The position numbers and the translations under genes were made by a program. The notes under the pieces are model-generated. The model saw only the letters and a list, made by a program, of their open reading frames with translations, did no database searches and had not been told where the DNA came from. Shown here in pieces: positions 42,660 to 53,500 of a stretch of 64,000 nt of DNA. This DNA is from a virus (taxonomy: Duplodnaviria; Caudoviricetes), in the IMG/VR virus record IMGVR_UViG_3300037507_003370, positions 1 to 64,000 of that record, one strand, 5' to 3'. Position 1 is the first letter of the stretch; every line of letters starts with the position of its first letter.

Positions 42660-43606
42660 CAAACTGTAATCCGAATTCTTTCTTTCAAAATGTTGATAAG
42701 CTTGGCAAACACTATTTATATGTACAGTTAGAGGAAAATCTAAAATCATTCTTGAATTGGGGATTTCTAAACATAGGGGGCTTTGTTAATATAAATAGGC
42801 CAACAAATAATATTTCTAATAATATTAGTTTTCATAAACTTACTAAAAAAGAAGACCCTTTATATAAAAGCGGACAAGTATGGGAAACTTTCAAAAAGCA
42901 ATGGGTATACGAAACCGGAGTAGTTTACGCTTCAGGATCTCCTATTAATATTAGTGGTGTTTATATAAATAATGTATTCGCTCCGGCCCCAACAGGAACC
43001 TCCCAATACCCATTTAAATTAAACTATGATCTTGGTAGAGTAATTTTTAATAGTGGCTTACCGTCTAACTCAGATGTTCAAATGAGCTTTTCTTATAGAG
43101 CTATCCAAGTATATAAAGCTCAAGAAAATTTATCAGACTGGAAAAGACTCCAAGAAATGACCTTTAAAAGAGCGGACGTTGATAAGGAAACGTCCTCTAA
43201 TCATAGAGCACAATTACCATGCATAATAATAGAACCAATTAATTCGGCCGATTTTAATCCTTACGAACTTGGATCTTTAACATATGACGTAAAACAAGAT
43301 ATACTATTGCATATTTTTACAGAAAACTATATTGATCGTAATAATATTGTTGATATTATAAGACTTCAAAAAGAAAAACCTTTAAAATTTTATGACATTA
43401 ACAAAGTAATAAAAAATCAGGTGTATTCTCTTAATAAAGACGGTTCTTTAAATACTAATCGTAAAAATTATAACCAATTGTTTGACGATAATCAATATTT
43501 TTGGAGAATTAGTTATATAGATAATGTTAACATTATTGATAACCAATCTTTAAACTATAATCTATTCTACAGCACAGTTAGACTTAGTATGGAAATTGTG
43601 GTTTAA
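42656..43606 (+). CDS. Tail terminator-like protein
   Basis: QLPCIIIE...QDILLHIF; directly upstream of tail tube. Confidence 0.5.
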   Translation: MTNCNPNSFFQNVDKLGKHYLYVQLEENLKSFLNWGFLNIGGFVNINRPTNNISNNISFHKLTKKEDPLYKSGQVWETFKKQWVYETGVVYASGSPINISGVYINNVFAPAPTGTSQYPFKLNYDLGRVIFNSGLPSNSDVQMSFSYRAIQVYKAQENLSDWKRLQEMTFKRADVDKETSSNHRAQLPCIIIEPINSADFNPYELGSLTYDVKQDILLHIFTENYIDRNNIVDIIRLQKEKPLKFYDINKVIKNQVYSLNKDGSLNTNRKNYNQLFDDNQYFWRISYIDNVNIIDNQSLNYNLFYSTVRLSMEIVV

Positions 43607-43615
43607 TCAAACCTT

Positions 43616-43631
43616 GGTGTAATTTATAACT
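43616..43631 (+). promoter_or_regulatory. Putative late promoter (GGTGTA motif)
   Basis: GGTGTAATTTATAACTG, intergenic. Confidence 0.6.
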
Positions 43632-43669
43632 GTAACATCTTACAAAATACATTCCAACGAGGTGTAGAA

Positions 43670-44974
43670 ATGCCAAAAAGCTCTAATAGAATTTACTATG
43701 CAATACAAGGTCTTCAGTTACAGGGTGTTAATGGTCCTGGTATAGATTCTGGTAGTCCAGAAGCAGTAAGCGCATGGGAAACTGTCACTGGTGTTCAAAG
43801 CGTTGGAATCTCAACCAATTTCAATCTAGAAAACGTTTTCCAGTTAGGTGAATTCGATCAGTACGACGTTTTGGATGATAATCCAGAAATCGAAGTCACA
43901 GTAAATAAAGTTATTGACTATCGCTATCCTTTATATGTTTTAGCGATGGGCGGAAATGGCAAGACCACAACTGGACAAAATATTTTGGCTCTTGCTAGTC
44001 GCAGATGCAACGCTAGATTATTCGTTGGTAATGATATTGATTTTCAGAACGTTTCTGGCGCAATGCCATATAGAGTAGAGATGACAGGAATGTATTTGTC
44101 TTCTTTCACATATAATCTTGTTACTGATGGAAATTTCACAGAAGAAGTAACACTAGTAGGAAATAATAAAGTTTGGCTAGCAAATTCAGCAAGTTTAACT
44201 GCTAATACTCTTCCTGGAAGTGCTTCAGATGGTGTTCTTCCCCCAGCTCCTGGAACAGCTTTTGGTGGTGCTTTTAATAATCTAAGAGCTACTGGTATTG
44301 CTCGTCGTCAAAATATTGATTTAAGTAAATCAGTGTTGCCAAGCGGATTAACCAGCTGGGACGGTGGCATTATTGTTCCTTATGATGGTAGTAAGTATGT
44401 TACTCCACACATTACAAGTTTAACAATTAGTTGCGACCTTGGTCGTGAACCATTAAATGAGCTTGGTAATCGTAATCCTTATACTCGTTTAGTAACAGTA
44501 CCACTAGAAGTTACAAGCGAATTCGAAGTATTAGCAACAGATTATGATGTTAGTGCTACTAACTTTGCTGAGGCCAAGTGTAATGCTGGCTTGAGAAATG
44601 GTCGTAAGCGCGCAATTCTATTAAGAATTTGCGGACCTACGTTAGAAGGCGATGCTGGTGGTATGAATTTTTATCTTGGAACAAATAACAGACTAACCAG
44701 TGTTAACTATAGTGGTGGAGATACTGGTGGTGGTAACGTTACCATAACCTATAGTTTCACAGGATATAACACATGCTTCATCAATCAGGGAACAGAAATT
44801 TATAGTAGTATTGCTAGCGCTCCTTACCTCGGAAGTCAGAATAATCCTTGTGGAAGAACGGTTAGTGGTCTTGGTACAGCAACTATAACAGTAGCTGAGA
44901 ACGGTACCGGCACAGCCGGTAATAATGGTCCTGGTAGTACTGGTACTGGTACTTATTCTGGTGCTGGTTCATAA
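43670..44974 (+). CDS. Major tail (tube) protein
   Basis: VQSVGISTNFNLENVFQLG..; size, own promoter, position before chaperones/TMP. Confidence 0.7.
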   Translation: MPKSSNRIYYAIQGLQLQGVNGPGIDSGSPEAVSAWETVTGVQSVGISTNFNLENVFQLGEFDQYDVLDDNPEIEVTVNKVIDYRYPLYVLAMGGNGKTTTGQNILALASRRCNARLFVGNDIDFQNVSGAMPYRVEMTGMYLSSFTYNLVTDGNFTEEVTLVGNNKVWLANSASLTANTLPGSASDGVLPPAPGTAFGGAFNNLRATGIARRQNIDLSKSVLPSGLTSWDGGIIVPYDGSKYVTPHITSLTISCDLGREPLNELGNRNPYTRLVTVPLEVTSEFEVLATDYDVSATNFAEAKCNAGLRNGRKRAILLRICGPTLEGDAGGMNFYLGTNNRLTSVNYSGGDTGGGNVTITYSFTGYNTCFINQGTEIYSSIASAPYLGSQNNPCGRTVSGLGTATITVAENGTGTAGNNGPGSTGTGTYSGAGS

Positions 44975-45037
44975 GTAATATAAAGAAGATATTGGAACGA
45001 TTATAATAAGTTCAACAAAGGATAAAGGAAAAATAAT

Positions 45038-45181
45038 ATGGAAGAAATATTTAATATTATAGGTAAATTATATATAGATGTTTTTCAGGCTCATAAAGCA
45101 ATAGAAAAATATCAGGAAAAAATAAAAGATCAAGAGCAAGAATTAGAAAAGCTCAAGAAATTACTCCAGGACAAAGAATAA
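45038..45181 (+). CDS. 47-aa coiled-coil protein
   Basis: AAAGGA RBS; below ORF-track cutoff. Confidence 0.55.
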   Translation: MEEIFNIIGKLYIDVFQAHKAIEKYQEKIKDQEQELEKLKKLLQDKE

Positions 45182-45184
45182 TGA

Positions 45185-46231
45185 ATGATAAGGACAGATC
45201 AGGATCTATTACTATCGAGAATAATATCTGGAATAACAATCTTCTCACTGAATGGGAAGAAATATATTCTGCGACCTCCAGATACTGTTACTATTCAAAT
45301 GGCGGATACTATTTATCAAGAGACTATCAAAGATAATCTATATAATGATTGGATATTATTAAAAGACACAGAAGTAATTCTTATAGAAAATGGTTTGTGG
45401 CACATATCAGATGATGACGTAATAAAAAATCTGGATAAAAAACTGGAAAATCTTAAAGTGGAACTATTTCAAAATTTTATACAAGTATCAAAAAGAAAAG
45501 AATTAAAAAAGCAAATAAATAATACTAATAAAAATAGAGTTAAGCTTATAACAACAAAACACTCTATGGATGATCATACGCTGGAAGCTTATGCTGGTAG
45601 AATTAGGAATGAATATATTATCATGAATAGTTTATATACTATTAATAATAAAAAAGTTTTTAGAAACAAAAAGATATGTTCACAGAGCGCTTCTTTTTTA
45701 AATGATGTCGCTGCGGAATTGGTTGGATTTATACCATCTGTTGATGTTCTTAAAAAGCTAGCTAGGTCAGAATCATGGAAATCATATTGGACCTCTGGAA
45801 ATAAAGCAAATATTTTTCCTGGTTCATCATGCTCATGGACAGATGAACAAAGAGCATTAATTAATATTACTCGTATGTATGATTCTGTTATGGAACATCC
45901 AGAATGTCCTAGTCAAGATATAATAGATGATGACGATGCTCTTGAGGGTTGGATGATTTTTCAAAAGCGTAAAAATGAAGCTGAAAAAAATAAGAGCAAA
46001 GCAGATGCTATGGTTAGTAAAAATATGAGTAAAGCTTCAGAAGTATATATGGTAGCATCATCAAAAGAAGAATATGATCAAATTTATACCGCTAATAGTA
46101 TGGAATCTAAAAATAGAATGAAAGAAAAATTTGCTATAGTATCTGCTAATAAAACAGTTCATGAACATGAGTTACCAGATGTTAGAGCAGAAGCATTACA
46201 GAAAATGGAGCAATCTAGATCAAAGAGGTAA
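45185..46231 (+). CDS. Tail assembly-associated protein
   Basis: Between tail tube and TMP. Confidence 0.5.
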   Translation: MIRTDQDLLLSRIISGITIFSLNGKKYILRPPDTVTIQMADTIYQETIKDNLYNDWILLKDTEVILIENGLWHISDDDVIKNLDKKLENLKVELFQNFIQVSKRKELKKQINNTNKNRVKLITTKHSMDDHTLEAYAGRIRNEYIIMNSLYTINNKKVFRNKKICSQSASFLNDVAAELVGFIPSVDVLKKLARSESWKSYWTSGNKANIFPGSSCSWTDEQRALINITRMYDSVMEHPECPSQDIIDDDDALEGWMIFQKRKNEAEKNKSKADAMVSKNMSKASEVYMVASSKEEYDQIYTANSMESKNRMKEKFAIVSANKTVHEHELPDVRAEALQKMEQSRSKR

Positions 46232-46234
46232 TAT

Positions 46235-46561
46235 ATGAAAAATGATGATATCTATGCAAATGTAGAGAAAAAAATACAAACAACAATGATAGGAGCTTTG
46301 GCAAAGTTTGAAGAAAATTTTGGTTATTTATGGGGAATAGATAAAAATGAGGACTTAACAGAGAAAGAGTTATATTTTAGTAACTTGTGGGAAAAAACGA
46401 GAGTTGCTATATTAAATAACGGTAATAATCAGTTAAGAAATGTACTAGCAGACCTTGACAAGTTTTTTCAACAGTCTTCGCCAAAGACTAAGTATCACTA
46501 TAAATTTTATATGAATTCAAATCAGAGAAACAACGAAGGAGACTATAGAAATGAAAACTAA
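46235..46561 (+). CDS. Hypothetical protein
   Basis: GAGG RBS, coupled. Confidence 0.65.
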   Translation: MKNDDIYANVEKKIQTTMIGALAKFEENFGYLWGIDKNEDLTEKELYFSNLWEKTRVAILNNGNNQLRNVLADLDKFFQQSSPKTKYHYKFYMNSNQRNNEGDYRNEN

Positions 46562-47459
46562 AACTTTCAAGATTACTGTTAATGAGAAAGATACAGAGCT
46601 AATGGTTCGTACTCCATCTATTAATGATCAAAGAGAGGCTCAAAAGGTTTATAATCAGGCTTTTACAGACGCTATTAAATCTAAATGTGTTGTTAGAGCA
46701 AAGATGGATGATCTATTAGAAGATCAAGGTTTATGGAATCAAGATAAACAGGCTAAGTTTGCTGAATTACAGCAGGAACTTCTTGAATCTGAAAGGCAGT
46801 TAGCTCGCGGAGGTATTCCATTGAGGCAAGCTAGAGAAGCTGCTATTAAAATGAGACAATACAGAGATGAAATTAGATCTCTAATAGCCGTTAAAACTTC
46901 TTTAGACAATCATAGCGCCGAAGGACAAGCAGACAATGCTCGTTTCAACTACTTGGTATCTGCTTGTGTGGTGTATAATAATGATAATAAGGATCCATAT
47001 TTTAAGAATATGGAGGACTATTTGAATAGGGCCAATGAGGAAGCAGCAGTACTTGGTGCTCAAAATTTAGCCGCAATGTTGTATGGTTTGGATAATGATT
47101 ACGAAAATAATTTACCAGAAAATAAGTTTTTAAAGAAATATAAATTTATTGATGATAAATTAAGATTTATTGATAAAAAGGGTAGATTAACAGATAATGA
47201 GGGTAGGCTTGTTGATGAAAACGGTAGGTTTATTGATGAGAGTGGTAACTTTGTTGACAAATTTGGAAACAGAGTGGACAAAGAGGGCGAATACATTGTA
47301 GAAACTAAACCATTTTTAGATGATGACGGAAATCCAGTAGTCCTAGATGAAGATAAAAAAGATGAACCAAAACCAGAAACCGTTACAGCAGAATCAGAGC
47401 CAGCACCAGTGCCACCAAAGATTCTTCCAAATACAGAAACTTCTTCAGAGACAGAGTAG
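46551..47459 (+). CDS. Probable tail assembly chaperone
   Basis: Immediately upstream of TMP; helical, acidic C-terminus. Confidence 0.5.
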   Translation: MKTKTFKITVNEKDTELMVRTPSINDQREAQKVYNQAFTDAIKSKCVVRAKMDDLLEDQGLWNQDKQAKFAELQQELLESERQLARGGIPLRQAREAAIKMRQYRDEIRSLIAVKTSLDNHSAEGQADNARFNYLVSACVVYNNDNKDPYFKNMEDYLNRANEEAAVLGAQNLAAMLYGLDNDYENNLPENKFLKKYKFIDDKLRFIDKKGRLTDNEGRLVDENGRFIDESGNFVDKFGNRVDKEGEYIVETKPFLDDDGNPVVLDEDKKDEPKPETVTAESEPAPVPPKILPNTETSSETE

Positions 47460-47490
47460 TTTTTTTAGTTCAGGAATCAGTTCACTATAT

Positions 47491-47530
47491 GCAACACCAA
47501 TAGCTGTTATGCTGTTGGTGTTTGCTTTTT
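47491..47530 (+). terminator. Terminator-like hairpin directly before the TMP RBS
   Basis: GCAACACCAATAGC-TGTTAT-GCTGTTGGTGTTTGC-TTTTT. Confidence 0.6.
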
Positions 47531-47540
47531 GAGGTAGGAC

Positions 47541-50500
47541 ATGGCAAGAGCTTTCAATCTTACTGCTGAATTAAACCTAAGAGGACCTTCTAATCTTAGG
47601 CCAGTTATTAATGATATTAGAAGACAGCTGGGTAATATCACAGCGAATGTTAATGTTCGTATTGATAGAAATGCACAAAGATCAATTGATACTGCAAATG
47701 CTTCTTTGCAAAGACTAAATACTACTCTAGCGGCAACTGCAGCAAATGCCGTTAGAGCAAATGCTAATATTAATACTTTAGCTGGAACAATTAATAATTT
47801 ACGTAATGCTCTTAATGGAGCTGGCAATGGTTTAAGAGATCTAACAACTAATGTGGGAGCGGCTGCTAGAGATGTTACTGCTGCCGCAAGAGCCACAAGA
47901 GCAGCAACTTCTGAGATGGAAGAATTCGGAAGACAAGCAGGACTAGCTGTTAGAAGATTTGCTGCATTTAGTGTTTCAACAAGTGTTATTTATGGATTAG
48001 TAAATGCTGTTACTAGCGCAACCAGAGAGTTTATAGACTTTGATAGACAATTAGTAAGATTAACACAGATCACTGGAGAATCATATAAAAGTTTAGGAAG
48101 AATAACCGATACTATTACTGATTTATCAACCAATCTTGGAGTTAGTTCATCTAGCTTGATCACAATAGCAGATACTCTTGCTCAAGCAGGACTTAGTGCT
48201 GGTGAAACAGAAAAGGCATTAAGAGCATTGGCTTTAACTGCTTTGGCTCCGTCGTTTGATGATCTTAATGAAACAGTGGAAGGTTCTATTGCTTTGATGA
48301 GACAGTTCGGTATTAGCGCTGGACAACTTCAATCTGCTTTGGGTTCTGTTAATTCTGTGGCCGCAGCATTTGCAGTCGAATCTAGTGATATTATTACTGC
48401 TATTCAGCGTACTGGTGGTGTGTTCGCTAGTGCAAGTAAAGGAGTTAGCGAAGGAACAGATGCTCTTAACGAATTCATTGCTGTATTTACTAGCGTAAGA
48501 GCAACAACTCGTGAAAGTGCCGAGACTATTGCAACAGGATTGAGAACAATTTTTACTAGAATTCAAAGAGAAGGAACCATAGAAGCACTAAAAGAATACG
48601 GAGTTAATCTACAAGATGTTGAGGGTAAATTCGTCGGAGCATACAAAGCTGTTCAATTACTTAGCGAAGGATTAAATAGTCTAGATCCAAGAGATGTAAA
48701 GTTTTCTAGAATAGTAGAAGAACTTGGTGGCTTTAGACAAATTGGTAAGGTTCTACCTCTTATTCAACAGTTTGGAACAGCACAACAGGCACTTGCTGTT
48801 GCTCAAAGAGGATCTTCTAGTTTAACTCTAGATGCTGTTAAGGCCCAACAGTCATTAGCTGTACAATTTACTAAAACCAGAGAAAACTTTGTTGCATTAA
48901 TTAGAGAGATTGGTCAAAGTAATAGTTTTCAGAATTTAGTTAAGCTTGGACTCACACTAACTAATGTTTTAATAAGACTCGCAGATGTTGCTCAGCCGTT
49001 ACTACCAATAATAACAGCGATAGCTGCTGTTAGAGGAGGAAGAGCATTAACCAACTTTATTGGTGGATTTATAGGAGGATTAAGGCCTGGTGTTGGTGGC
49101 GATGCTGGAGGTGGCGGTGGCGGAGGTGGTGCTGGCGGCGGAGGTGGTGGACGAGGAGGAAGAGGCGGCGGTGGTGGAGGAGGTGGCGGTAGAGACGATT
49201 TCCGTTCATCCTTGCAAGATGTAACAACTTCTTTAGATAGTTTACAGGGATCCATTGACCCCTTAACAAATGCTATACAAGCATTATCTACTAATAGTAT
49301 AGCCGGATTAGTCTCACAGATATCCGTATTGAATACTTCAGTAGTAGACCTTAACGCAACAATTGTATCCAGGCCAGGAGGAACAGGTTTTGCTAGAGGC
49401 GGACTTGTCCCTGGACAAGGAAATAGAGATACTGTACCAGCAATGTTAACCCCTGGCGAATTTGTTATTAGAAAAAAGGCTGTTGAGACACTAGGGGCAG
49501 ATCAATTATATGGAATGAATAAATATAGTAATGGTGGTAGTATTAGATCTGGTAATAGGCTCAGAAGACAAAGATTTGCTAAGGGTGGAAAGGCAGCTAA
49601 ATTAGCAAGTATAGATGGTGACTTTAGAGCTGTTGACGGAGATACATTCGACGCAACTGTTACGCCAACAGGAGATCAGTTTACGGCAAGATTTAGAGTT
49701 GCCGAATTTGATACGTATGAAACAAGAGGTAAATCGAGTTTAGTTTCTACGGACAGAGCAAAAAAGATAATGTCTCTAAATCCAAAAGAACCCCCTTTAC
49801 AAGAGTCTTCCGGTAGATATAAAGTTCCAAAAAATTATAGAGTAACTTCTAGAAATGAAACAGCAGCAACAGCAGCAGCAGAAGCAACAAAGCAATTACA
49901 AAGTAAACTTGATCAATTCGTAGGAACAGCAGCAGCCGATAAAACCGTTCCTGGTGGAGGTGGTGTTGGTAGATACTTAGCTAAAACTGGATTTTCTATA
50001 GATGACGAGTACACAACAGGAAGAAAGTGGGACGAAGATGGGAATGAATTAAATATCGGAGGTATTGTCAAAAAATTTGCTCTTGGAGGAAAAGTACGAA
50101 GAAATGTTGGCTATATTGATTATGACGTTATCGCTAATGAAGCAAATAAAAGCATTGTAGAAAAAGGAATGTCAGAGCTTGGAGTTACTGGACCTAGACT
50201 TTATACTGATGCTTTAACAAAATTAGCAGTATCTTCGCGAAAAGCTGGAGATTTAGATAAATTAAAAGCAATTTACGGTGTTGCTGGCAGTGGCAAAACA
50301 ACATTAGCAAGAGGTCAAGGCACAGATAAAGGATCTTTAAGAGAAACAACTCGTTTTCCAATATTAGGTCCCGATGATATTAAAAAGGCAAATGAAATAT
50401 TAATATTAAGTAGTAGTGTTTCTAAGTCTAAAATGGAAGATTTTTTTACTGAAGTTGATAGAGTTTACGCACTTAGTTCTTCAACAAAATCTGAGCAAGA

Positions 50501-53500
50501 AAAAGTAATGGCTCAGAGATTAGGTAGAGATATCAGCGGAATAGGATTAGAAGGAAGAGCACCAGGAACAACAGGATCTGCATCATCAGATACCACTGTT
50601 GGAGAAGCATTATTATCTCAATTAGGTAAAAAATCAGTTGTGTTAGGAAGAGGCGATTCTGGAAATCTAAGAAGAAAACAAGGACAAGAACTTGTAGAAG
50701 TTATAAAAAAGAAATTAGCATTTACTTGGGGAGGTTTCGCACCAACAACAGCTGGTCATGAAAGTATCATGGATGCTGCTGCAGCAATGGGTTTTGCTCC
50801 AGAAGACTTTATTGCTCTTGTTGGAGCTAATGAAGGAATTAAGGCAGGAGATCCTAGTAGTTATAGAACAGCAGTATTTGATCAAGATTTTAGAGTATTG
50901 CTAGCCAAGGCCGGGTTCGGAGCCAAGGGAGCCACCGTTCTGCCAAAACCAAGAGATTTTGAAGTTCCTCAAGGTTTTGATATATCCGAAGGCACAGGAA
51001 GACGCAAAGTAATATTGCCACAAAAAGGAAGTAGAGCATTTGTAGCAGACAAAACTCCAGAACAAATGGCAAAATACAAAGATGCTGGTTATGATGTTAC
51101 TAATTTAGAAAGAACTGGCGGAATTAGCGGTACAATGGTTCGTGACTTAATTATGTCCGGTAAGATCGACCAATTGCAAGACGTTTTATCTCCTGGTGTT
51201 TACGATATTATATCAAAAAATTTACCAATATTACAGAATAGAGCTAATGTTTTACCTGAAATTATTAAACAAGTACAAGCTTCACAACAATCATCGGTTG
51301 ATGCTGTAGAAAAACAAATAACCGACATAGGAATCAAAAGAATTAATCGCAAACAAGCGGAGAGCGATCCGGAGTATGCTGCTAAAATTGCCTTATTAGA
51401 AGAGTTAAGAAAGAAAAAAACTAAATTACAAAGCGCTGGAGCTTTTGAGCCATACAGACTTTTAGATAAATTAGCATCAGATCAACCAGATAAATACGGA
51501 TTAAAGTTTGCTCAGGGAGGATTGATACAAAAATTTATGGCAGGAGAGATGGTTCAAAAACTTCCTGCCCCAGCGAGAAAAATAATTGATGCTCTTGGAG
51601 GGTTAGAACCAGCAGCAAAAATAGGTGGCGTTCGATCAACAGAAATATTAGAGATTTTAAAGAAAAAAGTTGTTAATCAATCACAAAAAACAATACAAGA
51701 TAAAATCTTAGCTCAATATGCAGAAGTTATTGGAGCAGAGCAGCAGGCTATGGATCAAGCAATGAAATTTGGCTTGGTTGGATTATTTGGAGAAACTAAA
51801 GTTGGAACTAATGATCAGGGTAGAACAATTTATGACCCTAAGTGGGACTATAGTAAACAATTTGGCCCTGAAGATATAGGAGGAAGAAACACCACAATAA
51901 TAGCTAGAGGATTAAGATCTCAATATGCAGAAGCTGTATATCAAATGCAAAGAGAGATATTTGGAGTTAATGAAAATTTTGCTAGAAATTTGGAAACAGC
52001 AGGAGGATTTGGAGCACAATCACTAGCAAATATTCAAGGGCCAGCTGTAAAAGCAGGACAGGCTGGCATAGAAGGGGCAATGATAGAGTTAGTTCTAGCA
52101 AGACTCGGAGCCCCATTAAGAGAAAATGCTCCTGCAAATAGACCAATAGATTATCCAGATGGACTAGGAGATGCGGCTAAGTTTTTTGGTATAGATCCGG
52201 ATATGCCAACAGAAGTTAAAAGAACTATTAATGGAGATAGTTTAGCGAGAACAAGAGAAGAAATTGAAAGATATTATAAAGAAGTTTTACAAGTTTTTGC
52301 TACTGGTGGAAAAGTTAAACTTTATCATGGATCTAATACAGGAATAAATGATAGTGTTTTAAATAGTTTTAAAGAAAAGGGAGCTCTTTCTAATATTGCT
52401 AAAGGCTATGGTCAAGGAGAAGGATTCTACTTATATACAGAAAAGAATAAAGCACAACAACAAGCTAATATGAGAGTTAATGGAGGAAGCAACTTTACTG
52501 TTGCTCAAGGCGATAGGTCAGGAAAGCCTATGGTATTAACTTTTAATGAACAATTAAGCCCTAAAGATTATGATTTAGATTATGAATTGCAAAAAGGACT
52601 AGTAGTACAATGGATGCATGATAATTACGATACTCTTAAAGATAAATATGCTCCTACTGAAAATCAAACCGGATTAAAAGGTAAGTTTGATAAAAATCCA
52701 GACGCTGGAATGATGTCGGTTGGAGTAAGTATTCAAGAAGGATCTCAAACATTAAAGTCCGAAGACGGAACAGAGTTTACCTTGCCTGGAGGATCAAGAA
52801 AATCTATTTATGCCGGAAGTGGGGGAGATGTTAGAGAAGGAGCTTTGCTTGGGCAGCTTATGTCTAGAATTCAATCTGGAGACCCCGAATTAGTAAATTC
52901 TTTTGAATCCAAACTTTTTGAAAAACCACTAGGATTAGCATTAAAGTATGTTGGATCATCACCGCTCAAGCCGAGTAATATTGAAACTTTTGCAGACGGT
53001 GGGTCGGTAGAAGGTCAAAAAAAGGAGAAAAACTTTGGAAAAATTGGAATAAAAAATAATGGGTCCGAAATTATAGCAGCATATTTGGGCACAAAAGATC
53101 GTAGTGGTATGGTTAGTGCAAAAAAAATGGCAGATAACTTATATACTGTCGGTTTGTCTAAAGCTAGTGAAGGATATGGTCCTAAGCTTTATGATATTGT
53201 TATGGAAGCGGCCACAGCCAATGGTGGTATGTTAGCTCCTGATAGAAATATTGTTAGCGATGCTGCAAAAGGTGTTTGGTCATATTATTTTAATAATAGA
53301 TCAGATGTAAGAAAAACACCACTAGATAGAAATCAATGGACACAGAACTCTGCCTTAATTGATCCTAAATTATTAGGAGATAAAAATACATGGCCACCAT
53401 ATTCTGATCCTGCTTGGATATTACAAAGTGGATATAGTAAAAATTCAGAGCTATTAAATAGCTCAGATATTGTCAATTTAAATGATGATAAATATAAGTC

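Noticed and set aside
45185-47541. Programmed -1 frameshift in tail assembly chaperones
   Set aside because: No clear XXXYYYZ slippery site before the stops; the T-run at 47459-47466 lies after the stop codon.
49100-49195. Poly-Gly GGN tract as a functional DNA repeat
   Set aside because: Explained as an in-frame flexible linker with mixed codons ahead of the first cargo module.
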